Assembly (NCBI RefSeq): GCF_036321535.1
Contig: NC_087436.1
Span: 71,612,001 to 71,676,000, forward strand
Direction of reading: 5' to 3'
Source: Camelus dromedarius
Lineage: Eukaryota
DNA: 64,000 nt
Below, piece by piece: positions 1 to 12,119 of this stretch. How positions within the stretch are numbered: the first letter of the stretch is position 1; the number at the start of each line of letters is the position of its first letter. The notes under the pieces are model-generated. The model had not been told where the DNA came from and did no database searches. It saw only the letters and a program-made list of their open reading frames with translations. Made by a program: the position numbers and the translations under genes.

Positions 1-242
1 CTCTTCCCAGCTTCCTGTGAATTGTCTCCCTCCCCTTTGAAGTCCTAGACCCCTATCCTGTTTTCCTTAACTCAGGATGACATATAAGCCTAAACTGCCT
101 GACTGCCTGTGGGTCTCATAATACTATGAGGCCCTTGTATGTATGTAATTAAATTTGTTTTTGTGCTGTTAATCTGTCCTGTGTTAATTTGAATATTGGA
201 TCAGCCAAAGAAAAGTAGAGGAAACATTTTTCCTCCCCTGCA
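1..242 (+). mobile_element. ERV1-class LTR, 3' portion (MER34-like)
   Basis: TATA-like CATATAAG, then ...GCTGTTAATCTGTC... and terminus TTTTTCCTCCCCTGCA, resembling MER34-group LTR ends; cut off by the window start. Confidence 0.65.
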
Positions 243-1689
243 GTAATAAATGTTTCTCTGCCTGGAAACAAGAAACCTGGGAAGTATTCTCTATTAGCAA
301 AACAAACAGTACTGACTGCAGCCTTCTACTTTCACAGAGGAGAAAGCCTTACCCAAGAACTTGAGCTGCTGGCCCAAGATAAAGGAAAAACTGTCATTTT
401 AAAGCTTCTGAGGGTTCTTCCTGATGCTAACAGAGCCCAGAAGCTTTGTTTTGCAAGCTTTCTGCTGATTTTTTTTTTTTTGAATATGCAAAAGTAGGTC
501 TGGAGTTAAGTTTGCAGTCATGACTGCAGAAAATTAAATTGCTCTGAATGACAGAATAGGTTGAATTTTTTGACCTGGAGAAAGGCAGCAAAGAATAGAG
601 TGGAGAGAAGTAAAGTGCAGAGCAGACAGAGTTCAGAGAGGCAGAGGCAGGAATCCATCAGGGAAATCATAATCTCCACCCCCTGCTGGGCACTAAGAAA
701 ATCATATTTTGCCCCAAATACTAGGAATTGTTTTGCGTTCCCACCAAACATGTAATGTGAGGTTAAAGGAAGGGGGTTGCATCAATTTCAGTTAAGTGTA
801 ACAAAATTATCCCAGAAAGCTGGACTACTTGGAGAATATCCAAGTACATCACAGCTCCCCACCCCCACCCCCACCCTCACCCCAACCCACTGCTGAAATC
901 ACACATGTGTACTGGGGTGGCAGAAAGAGAGAGGGAGCAGGGATGAGTCGAAGTTCTGGGGTGAGGTGAGGCTCCAAGATTACTGGAGGTCAGACATGGC
1001 ACACAGACTTTACATATTGATCCTGAACATGGTTGTGGACCTTGAAAAGCTTGTTTTCCAAGGGGCTGTTAGAGAAGGAATGAAAGATAGAGGACATTGT
1101 TGCTGAAATCTCTGAAACCGCCCCTTCCCATCTGTTCCTCCAGGCACACAGCTTGTTTCACGTAATTTACACATAATGACTTTCTAATTATTGACTTAAG
1201 TGGCTTGCCTGAGAGGTTTCCGTAGAAACTGTTTCAGAAACAGTTTAATGTTGCAAAAATCTAAACTTAGAGCAGAAAATTCAGTAGAAAATTAAAAGAC
1301 AGTAAGTTGGTGTCCTTACTAGAATAAATGCTGTAATTGGATCTATCAAAAGTCACCGGCACCTGCATCTCAGCCCCAGCTTCACATTGCTGGGATTTTT
1401 CTTCCCCTGTATTCAAAAGACTTTTCAAGAAAGAATAAATATTTCTAAGATCTTTTTTCCCTTTCCCATTTGGAAATGTTTGCATTAAAAGAAAAAAAAA
1501 ATCTCCTGCCCAAAACAGAAACTCAGAGCATTCATATATCCCTTTAAAATCATGCATCAATCACTGTCCTGGGACAGCAAAACCACTAGGTCTCAAAAGC
1601 ATTCTCCCTGCAAACTTTGAGCTTCTCCTTTCCTTCTAAAAAAATTTAAGTATTTAGAATGCTGTGGCAAAACAAGTTAGTGTAACAGT

Positions 1690-1850
1690 AAGTTAAACAA
1701 CTTGCCTTCAAATTTCAGGTCTACCACTCATTATGTTATATGACCTTGGGCAAGGTACAAAAACACACCAGTCAAGGTTCCTCGTTAATAAAACAGAGAT
1801 AAAAATGGTATCCACTTGAAAGGTCTGAGGATTAAATGTGACAGTTCAGT
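1690..1850 (+). mobile_element. MIR SINE remnant
   Basis: TGACCTTGGGCAAG core followed by ...GAGGATTAAATGTGA, MIR-like. Confidence 0.55.
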
Positions 1851-4800
1851 GTGTCAACCACAGCTTATGCATTCCTCTTTTCCAGTTACTCAAGCAAAAC
1901 CATTTATTGAATTCCTACTATATATGCCAGGCATCATACCAGGTTACCATCATCAGATAAAGACGAAGCTGATGCAGATGGCTGAGCTCACAGCTCTGTT
2001 CTCTTCTCCAGAACCATTATGAAACTGAGTGGTGCTTGATAACCACTAGACTCTTTAGTGAAACACCTATAAAAGTAAATTTCAGATAATAATAATAGTA
2101 ATAGTAATAATACTACAAATGTTTGCCAATTATATGTATGTGCCAAAAGTTTTCAGGAAATATTTTTGGTTATGTAAAGGAATGTACCTGAAACAGTAAT
2201 AAAATTTAGTATACAATTAATGGATATACACTGATTAGGCTCAATCCAATCATGAATTAAGAGTTCTTTCTAAATACTGGGACTCTGCATCTTTACATTA
2301 AAAATAATAGTAATAACTGGCACTCTGTGACTTTTTTCCTATTTAGTTAATGAATATTTTAAAAATATGTATCACAGTTCCTCTGATTTTTTTTTTTTTT
2401 TTTTTTTTTTTGTCTAAAGGGAGAATTCAAAGTTCAGAGATCTTTCTGGATTGCACTGGAAAGAGAATTTTGAGAACTATTTTATTCTGTCCCTTTTACC
2501 CCTCAGCCTCACCCTCATTAAATCTTAACGGGAAACCATTCAAAACTGATGAAATATACTGTTAACATCCATAAAATAAAAACAGTAAAATGGTTCTCAA
2601 ACGAAGGCAATGTGCCCTGCCGTCAAGGGTTTCACTATCATATAATTAAAAATAGTAATTCTTTTCCCCATTGTAGACAGGAAATCACTAGCAGAATAAG
2701 CACCAGCTTCAGATTTAGTCGAAGATAACACATGAATGAGTTATCCAAAGGGTTTGTTTCCCTTAATGATTAACACATTTTATGACATTCCTTCAAATGC
2801 TGGAGAAATACTATCCAACATCTATTGCCTTCTGTAGTTCCTGCACTAAAACATCCCCTTTCCTGACACAGAACTTCTTTCTCTCTTTTTCTCCCTGCTC
2901 CTTTACCAGCTGTATTTTATACATGATCCCAATCACATTCATCTTTCAGGGTGAATGCTGCTGAACGAGCAGGCAAAGAGAAGAAACCCTAAGGCGGTTA
3001 TAACTGGAATATGGGAAAGAAAAACCCTTTGGCAAAGAAAAGAAGGTTCACAGCTGGTATATATAAGGGTATAACTATATGTGTATTATACACAACTGAG
3101 TATGCAAATATACAAAATGTAATATTTAATTTTGTATCGATATCAAAGAATAAGCTTAAGTACCTGTTTGATGTAAATTTTAAAGAAATAAAAATCATCG
3201 TTATGCTTTTAAACATCAAAAGAATAACCATTAATAAGCTAAAAGTCTTCTCATAACACAAAATCACAAGGTTTAAAGAAAATGACTCAAATATTCACAA
3301 ATCCCCCCACCTGTCTCTTTCTAGTCACATATATACTATTAATGTTGCATTAAATCCCTTCTATTCTGCTATAATGTGATCCTTATGCTCCTAAGAAACC
3401 TTAGTTATCCAAAACCATGCTGTAAAAACAATTGTTTTAGTGGAGGGAAAAACAGATTGGGAACTAGAGAACACCAGAGTCTTAATAACAAATTTAGTTT
3501 TCCTATAGGACTTTCAGTACTAAAGCTGACTTTTTAATGGCTCTAAGTACACAGTTACAAATGGAACTTTCAATTCTTGATAACTTCTAACTCAAGAGAA
3601 AAACCTCGCTTTTACATTATTGCACTAAGATTAACACAATATTTCTTAGATTTTTATAAGTTCCTTGCCCACTGATATGGAGAACAAATCTCAAAGCCAG
3701 TCAAATAAGCTGCCGCAAACCAAGAGTTTTTTTTAACCCCTACATTCCGGGTACTAGTTTTTCATTATGATTTATTATCTTATGACCATATGCTCTATGT
3801 AATATGTCATATTCCTTTATTAGTCATTACTTTTTAGGTTTACAAAACTGGCATATTTTTCTCAAAGTAAGTATCAGCAAAAGAGTTAAAGTATAAAAAC
3901 CATCAACTCATGAAGTCTCTCCTATCTCCACAATGACCACAGAATTTAAGAAATATGACAGATACCTATATACATGGATATTTTAAGTGCAACTCTTGCT
4001 TTGGACTAGGGGACATGTCATATGATATATACTTTCTTTTTCAAGCTGTAATCTGGAAATTACTACCCCTAGAAATCTGGAAAGATGTTAAGATATTTAA
4101 CTTATTTTAAGATAATTCCACAGAGAGAGTGTAGTATTATGAATGTGCCAGCTAGTTTAAACTTCAGTGCTAAGGTAAGCGATCACTGTATAAAATCCAA
4201 ACTACAGGAAGAGTCAACTGGTGTTTTTTTCAGAAAGGCCACACTCCAAGGTGGCCACTGAAGGCATTTTGGTTAGCCATATCTCAGTCAACAGCTGAGG
4301 CTTTGCTAACTAATGAAGCAAGCAGCAGAAATTGTTTTTATTGGAGAAATTGCTAGTGAGACAAATGTTAGAAATAGGCTCAAGATATTCAAGACATGTG
4401 GATTAGCTAAAATATTTTCATGACCCTTCAAACATACTTGAACAGAGACTGGGAATCTTGGAAGCTTCTGGCCTGCACCTTTATGGTTAACGCTGAGGCT
4501 TGATCCCTAAAGTCCTTTTTTGACTCCTTGGATTAGGAGAAATTCAGTTGCCTTGTTCTACCTCTGCACTGATAGAGTGTGCCTAGAGCAAATTGTTCTT
4601 GTAATAAGACAGCCAAAGCATCTGAAAGGACACAGAGCTGGGACTCACCAAGCTTACCAAACAAAAAATATGAATCATTTTATGCCTATTTTCTGAAGAA
4701 TGTTTATTTAACAAATACCTGGATGTATGGTATTTTTGTTCTGTGAATTGCTTTTATTAGTCAACTTAGTAGCCAGGTTGTAGGGGAGCAACTTAGAACA

Positions 4801-5495
4801 GGTCCCAACAAAAAGTGCTACAAGTGGTCACATGTAATCTAAAAGTTTATTTCCTGGCTCTCAAGTTAAAACTAAGTGATACCAGATAAAGTAAGAAACA
4901 ATATTGATTTCTTTAATTCTGGTGAGGGTAGTTTAGGAGGAGAAGGGGATGAATGAGTTTAGAAAAAGTAGACAATCTATAGTTATTTTATTGCAAAGAA
5001 ACAAATTCTTTATAGCTTCCAGATTAAAAATTTTTGAAAACTATTACTCCAGAGAAATCTTCTGGTTCTTTTATTTGGATAATGATGACATTCTCAGAAT
5101 AATAATTTTTCCCATGGGTTAAGTGAATAAGTGGTTCTTAATGACAAAGAACAGAGCAGCACAGAAAAACAGCTTGAGGAGACACAAAATAAATTCAGGA
5201 GGTAAAAGGATGACCTTTTTTTATTTAATTCTGAATCTTCAACAAATCTCTTGGTTTCCAAATCATCTATAATATAATACTTATAAGAGATGAGCAAGTC
5301 ACATAATTGTGCAAAACAAGGTGGGTGTAACATCAAAAGACTTTGGTGAGCTGAAGTAAAGTAAAATGGCTGCTCAGTTCCCATCAGTGGCAGCCAGGTT
5401 GGCACATGCGCCAGATCATCCAGTTTTCACAAGAGAATCCAAAAATCCATATTTCATGTAAAACTTCCTAAATCTCATAGATTTACTATTAATGC

Positions 5496-6070
5496 TGTGC
5501 AGTAGAGGATTCATTCAACAGGTCTGGGCTGACTACATTCTGCACATTCCAAAGAAATATTTGAACCTCTAAGCCCTTGGAATATCTTGCCTGATTAGAG
5601 TATTTTATTTACCTAAGATCCCTGGACCACATCAGATAGTCTATGCTAACAGTGTGATTTATTATAGGGACCTAGGGTCGTGTGATCAGCTTAACCCCTG
5701 GAAAGAATGGAGAATAAAGCCATTCTTCACGGGCAGTCAGTCATACCTACGTGACCAACCAAGGAAAGCACCAGACATGAAGACTCAGGTAAACTTCCCT
5801 GGTTGGCAACATCCTATGCAGGCTGTCATGTATCATCACTGAGAGAATTAAGAACTGCCCCCATGAGTACTGGGATAGAACAACTGGAAGTGTGTGCCTG
5901 TTGTCTCCTGGAATTTGCCCTATGCACCTTTTCCCATTGCCGATTCTAATCTTTATCCTTTTGATGTAATAAACTCTAACCATGAGTACAACCATTTCTC
6001 TATGTTATATAAGTCCTTCTAGCAAATCACTCACTGAATCTGAGGGTGATTTGAAGGACCCCCAAATACA
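5496..6070 (+). mobile_element. MER21-family LTR (solo), apparently nested in a MER102-like hAT remnant
   Basis: TG...CA termini; CTCTAAGCCCTTGGAATATCTTGCCTGA, CCTACGTGACCAA, TTCCCTGGTTGGCAA, GTAATAAAC and GGACCCCCAAATACA resemble MER21. Confidence 0.8.
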
Positions 6071-8221
6071 AACACTAACTTTTAAAATACCAAACAAAAC
6101 CAACTATGTGAGCAATATTTGGGGGTAGACCATCAGTGTGCAACTTCTAATTCTACTTCTAAAGCCAGAATTAGAAATAAACAAATGCAAGTAATAAAGC
6201 AAAACACTACTGTATGAGTCAGCCCTGAGGGGCATAACTATTCAGTGTTTGGCTTTAAGAGAAAGTTTAGGAAAGAAATTCTGAGGAATTACTGGACTGA
6301 ACTTCCTGGAAATTAACATTTTATCTTCTTTGGGTAGATGCTGGAAGGATATCAAGTTTTCTGTGGACTTAGTATAGAGATGGACATTCTATATTTAAGC
6401 CTGAAATTTGCCTCTAAGTCTTCTTTTGTGTGTTGATTCATAAAAACAGGTGATGTTACTATTTATGCCAGTGCTGCTTAGTCACTTCATTCTGAGCCTT
6501 AGCATTCAATCACAGTCATTGTAAGATCCCCCAATACAGCAGAATAAGCAAAGGTAGAATAAACAGCAGGTAAGTAGTGAAAAATCAGTTTCGTTTGCTC
6601 AATTTAACAAATAATTTTTTAGCATCCAGCCTTATCCCAAGCCCAGTGTGAGGTTCCTGTTACACAACAATAAATAAGACGCAGGCCTGTCTTACTGAAG
6701 TTGGGGAAGGAGGAGGGAAGAAAACGTTCCTGTGAGAAAAGCTCACTTAAGTGCAGCCACTATATTCAAGTCTAAAATCTGTTCCTTTCTCCCTTAACCT
6801 CTGGTAATAAGTGAGTGTTTTTCCTAGAACAATCTCCAGGATAACTCTCAGCACACCATTCTTATTTCTAAAGCGACTCAAATCAGGTTGGTTACAGGCG
6901 ATGTTGTCTTTCCCAAAAGCTGGTGACATTTTGAGTTCACCCCCGATCACTTCCTGAAAGATGGAGGGAGCACCCTTGATCACCAGCTTGTTGTCTTCAC
7001 TGCTCACCCGGACCAACTGCTTTTCCCTTGAATTTAATTACTTCAGGAGCATGAAAAAGTTTTAGCCTCTATTCCAGGGTTTTATGCCACAGCCTTTCAG
7101 TCTTAAAAATATTGAAAGGCTTATTCATCATATTTCTTCTAGGAGATAAAATATCAGTCTCTTTCTGAGGCTGCAAAGTAGATAAATCAGTTATAACCTT
7201 GGCCCAACACAAGGGAGCGATGCATAATCAAGGAATCATGCTGCAAGAATACAGATGAGTTGTTAAGAGAGCTTGAGAAACTTTGTTTTTGCTCCTTTGG
7301 GAATTTGGCAGCAAGATGTCATTACAAACAAATATGTCATGCATGTCACTTCATAGTGAAATATTTTTTAAGGCATATTAATATCTGAATAGCTCTAGAA
7401 GTCAAGATACAGAAAATAAAATAATTACGTAAGCAATAAAATATGCTTTGGGGGAAAACCTATTCAAGGGAAGCTTCAGCACTACACAAACTATTTTTAT
7501 TCTAAGATATACATTACTAAATTGTATGAATTTCATTTGGACCTCAGAAAAAAGGGAATCTTTATTATTCATTGTGTTTATCGGTAAATTTGAACAATTG
7601 CTTTATTTTTCTATTGTTCTGTAAAATGAGTGTACCTTGCCCTTTCATTTTGCATCGAGGACAACTGCCAAATGAACAAATATAAAAATGATATACTCTA
7701 TAGGGCAATCTACTAAGAATATGTTTATTTGTTTCTTGCAAAATGTTATGATACACTAAAAAGTTGCTGAAGACAATAAAAACAAATGAACAAAGATGGG
7801 AGGAATAAAAAAGGGAAACAGTAAGTAGATATGAAAAGCAGAGATTTAGAAAGGAGCAGAGATTTAGTAAAGATTGAGAAACTATGAATTCATGGACCTC
7901 TAAGGGCTGTGGAGATAGTTCTGTGGTTGAAGAAATAGGTCTTACCTGGGAGCAGATGTTTCTCTATGACACTATGCCCAACATTTACTCAAAGGGGAGA
8001 AATTTTTTCCAAGCAAATTAACTTAAAAATCCAAAGATGTTTTAGCTTCCCCAAATAATATGCTTTACTTCTTTTTGGAATAAAACTTTGAATTTTTCTA
8101 ATTCTGTTATTTTCCATAAAATAAAACGCACTTAGTATTTTATCTTACTAGTACATATTCTTGTCTATTGTCAGAAGAGTAACTGTATAGTTACAAGATT
8201 CCATTTTCTCTCTTTATAATA

Positions 8222-8624
8222 TGAGACAGTTAATTCTATGTGTCAACTTGGCTGGGCCATGGTGCCCAGACAGATGGTCAAACATTATTCTGGATGTTTC
8301 CGTGAGGGTGTTATTTGGACCAAATTAACATTTAAATCAGTGGATTTAGGGTAAAACAGATTATCCTCCAAAATGTGGTTGGACTTCATCCAATCATATG
8401 AAGGCCTTAATAGAACATAGACAGACACCGCCACCACCACCACCCTGTTATAACCATGAAGGAATTCTACTAGCAAACAGCCTTTGGACTCAAAGTGCAA
8501 CTCTTTCCTTGGTCTTTAGCCTACCTTGAAGATTTTGGACTTACAAAACCTCCACAATCACATGAACCAAATTTTAAATAAACACATCCTTTTGGTTCTG
8601 TTTCTATGGAGTATGACTAATATA
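8222..8624 (+). mobile_element. MLT2-family (ERVL) LTR
   Basis: GTTAATTCTATGTGTCAACTTGGCTGGGCCATGGTGCCCAGA start; TTGGTTCTGTTTCTATGGAG...GACTAATA end. Confidence 0.85.
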
Positions 8625-9775
8625 TTGCATAATATCTATCCCTTGCTATCTGAATCTGTTCAGTTACTGAATTCTGAAAAGAGAATTCAGGTGGAGAAGG
8701 ATACCTATATTTAAACCAGGACAAATCTTACAAATCATCTAATTGCTTGTTGTTTATTTTTTCAAAGCTATACAGCTATTTCTTTAAATAAAATATGACA
8801 CAGAATTATATAAAACAGATAAAAGATAGACTACCCCACTTAAAACAGGAGTAGGCAACCTAAAGCCACCCTACTTGCTCTTGACTTCCTATTTCTAGAG
8901 CACAACTGGTGATCTTCAAGAAACATCTAGGGTTCTACAACCTAAAAACCACTTCATTGAATTTCAAACGTTAAAATGGAAAAGATTTTTGTCAAAAGAG
9001 CGTAATACTAGCTAATGGAAGTCTGAAGATTGAACTCAGTTCTCCAACTTCTAATATAGTACAACATTCTTTCCAGTTTCACACTGACTCTCAAGCTTTG
9101 TATAACTGTGAAATGTCTTTTAATTAAGAAATCATAAGATTAGGTCAACCCAGAAATTATATCTTAATTATTTAAGAAATACTATATTCCATATTCCATA
9201 GATGGGAATAATATGGTTAATTTTCATTTGTAAAAGTTGAGGGAGGATATAAACCATAAAAGTGAAAACAAAGTTGAAGATGGTAAGAGGATGACATGAA
9301 GAAAATGTAAATAATAAAATATATATCTAAGTATAAAGGACAACAGTAACAAAGCATGATAAAAATCTACTAACCAGGCAAATCTCTGTAAAAGGCATAT
9401 AACCTTTTTCTATGTTAATTAAAGGTTTGCCTTTTAAAAACCTCATATTAACTTAGACAAAGGCCACTTTCCATTTGAGCTAACACACTTAATGTTAATA
9501 AGGGTCTCACAGAAGAGGAAGAGTCAACAAACTAGTGCTCTGAATGCATTTCCTAAAATTCTATATATACTTCTATGGAGAGTGTATCACTCCATGGTCT
9601 ACAAAGGGCTTCAAAATACTTTATTTTCTGTATTATTTATTTCACTTTAAATATTTGTTATTAGGTTATAATAAACTAATTATTTCTTACAAAATTTAAA
9701 TTATAAAATTATTAGTCAAAAACATAAAAATGTGTAATAAATATCAAATGTCAGTTTAATACTATCAGAAGCTGA

Positions 9776-10399
9776 TACGTTAGTTTTGTACTGATGCATT
9801 ACAAATCACCACAAACTCAGCAGAATAAAACAATACTCACTTATTAGCTCACAGTTATGTATGTCAGAAGTCTGGGCAGCTGGAGTCTCTCACAGGCCAA
9901 AATCAAAATACTGGCCATGCTGGACTTATCTGGAGGGTCTGAGAATTTACTTCCAGTCTCATTCACACTGTCATTAGAATCCCATTCCTTACATGGGTAA
10001 GACTGAGGCATTCTTTTATTTTCTAGCTATTGGCCAGAGATTGTTTTCAACAACTAGAAGTCACTCTCCAGTTCTTGCACGTGGCCCCTTCCATCTTCAA
10101 AACCATCAATGGTGCATTGAATCCTTCTTGTGCTTTGAATCTTTCTGACATCCTCTTTTGCCACCAACTATAGAAAGCTCTGCTTTTAAGGTGCTTGTGG
10201 GATTAGATTAGGTCTACCCCAGGATCTCTTTTTTTTTATTAACTTGAAGTCAACTGATGTAGTAATCTTAATTACATCTTCAAAATCTCTTTACCAGGTA
10301 AGATAACATAAGCACATGCATGATATTCTAACATATTCACAGTCCTGGGGATAAGGGCAAGACATATGAGGGACTCTCTTTAGAGTTCAGCCTACCACA
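9776..10399 (-). mobile_element. MLT1 (MaLR) LTR, MLT1E/F-like
   Basis: ACAAATCACCACAAACTCAGC...TTTATTAGCTCACAGTT...AGAAGTCTGGGC and terminal CAGCCTACCACA, the reverse-strand MLT1 pattern. Confidence 0.75.
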
Positions 10400-11239
10400 G
10401 TGGATATCTCAATTAAAACAACTACTTTGCCACTTTTCCCCAATAGAAGTTCTTTAGAATACTTTTAATTCCACCTCTCCAAACCCCAACAACTATCATT
10501 TCCCTTTCCCCACCTTGAAGCTTTTGGAATGCATTAACTCCTCTCCACCAATTTCTCTTAGGCTTTGCAGGCATATTTTAGCATATACTTAAACACCCAT
10601 TATAGTCTGTTCCCTGTGTTTCACCCATCCCCAATTAACATTGTTATTTATTCCCAGACAGATTACATTCAACTATTATGATTTAATTCTTGTCTATCTT
10701 ATTCATTGTAGAATCTCAATTGTCAAAAACTTTGTTGGCATGTATTAGCACACAATAAATATTTGTTGAATGAATGAGTCTGATCACTTGGCAAGACTCA
10801 TTTTTCACCTTTTATTTCTGTTCATTTCATCCTTCCTCTGACTTGAGTTCTTAATTTGGGTTCATTTATATTTTATCTAAACCATCTGAAATATTTTTCT
10901 CAGAGGATTTACTTGGATGACTCTGCTTTGTCGCCTATCCTTGAATACCTTCATTCAGGTGAATAAATGACTTGATATGGCATTCTTGAGGTGCTATCCT
11001 TTTCCTCTGATGTCATTCAGTTGGCTTTTAGTTTCCTTTGTTTACATGTGGGTATTCTAATGGCATTATGATTCCTTTTGCTCAGTAGGTAATTTACTCT
11101 TTCTTCCTGTTTATAAAAGATTGTGAAAAGTTTTTCTTTCTCTATTAGAATTCAAGAATTTTATCAGAAAATACATGGGTGAGTATCTTTCCTCATTAGT
11201 CCAGCCAGGAACCTTGTGTGTGCTTTAAATTTTAAATAC

Positions 11240-11511
11240 ATATAACTTAAAAATTGTGCTCTACTCTGGAAGTTGACACAATATTGTAAACTGACTATAA
11301 CTCAATAAAAAAAGTTTTAAAAAAATAATAAATAATAATAATTTTAAAAAGGAGAGCAATCTGAGTAGACTAATTCACACTAAGATGTGAATGACTGATA
11401 GCCCCACAACCCACCTAAGGGTATTTGATTTTTAAATTTTTTTCTAACCTTAAAAAAAAATTTATACTTATAGAAAAGTTACAGGAAAAAATAAAAGATT
11501 TTCTATACACC

Positions 11512-11551
<40 letters not shown>
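11240..11551 (+). mobile_element. Very short camelid L1 3' tip with probable 3' transduction and (TAAA)n tail
   Basis: AAAATTGTGCTCTACTCTGGAAGTTGACACAATATTGTAAACTGACTATAACTCAATAAA matches the L1 3' ends at 18290-18350 and 19000-19060; flanked by TAAATTTTAAA(T/G)AC at 11226-11239 and 11552-11565. Confidence 0.7.
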
Positions 11552-11554
<3 letters not shown>

Positions 11555-11750
11555 ATTTTAAAGACTTAAAAACTTACCTCAGCCCTGAGAAATGTTCCTG
11601 TGGAATTTGTTAAACTACTGTTCCTCCTCCATCTGTTTTTCTTTTTTTTCCCTCTTCTGAATACCTATTACCCATATGTTCAAATTCCTGCATTTACCCT
11701 CCAGTCTCTTATCCCTTTCCTCATAATTTCCATCTAGCTTTTTGCTCTAT

Positions 11751-11847
11751 TTTTAATTTAATTTTTTTATTAAAGCATACTTGATTTACCAGGTTAGTTT
11801 CAGGTGTACAGCAAAGTGATTCAGTTATATGTATACACACATATGTA
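11751..11847 (-). mobile_element. Short L1 3'-end fragment
   Basis: T-rich tail plus TTAGTTTTCAGGTGTACAGCAAAGTGATTCAGTTATA; flanked on both sides by TTGCTCTAT (TSD). Confidence 0.65.
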
Positions 11848-12119
11848 TTGCTCTATGTTTTGATATTATTTCTTGTACTTGGTTTTCTGGACCACAAACC
11901 TGTGTCTCAATAGGGACCATTATTTCATGTGCTGAATATTTTTGTTTTCAAATCATATTTTTAAGCCACAAAAGTCTTTTCTGTGCAGCACATGGATCAC
12001 CTTAAGAACTCTTATAATTTAATTTAGATGTTTATCTGACTCCTCTCCAGTACTTCTCATTCTTTCCTTTCTGCTGTTCTGACTGGGTGAGGTCCACTGC
12101 CCTGTCCTCAAGTTTACTG

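Noticed and set aside
857..888. C-run cluster (potential G-quadruplex on minus)
   Set aside because: Common low-complexity motif with no supporting context.
5100..5210. Possible plus-strand exon NDKEQSSTEKQLEETQNKFR
   Set aside because: Poor acceptor, in-frame stop just upstream, weak donor.
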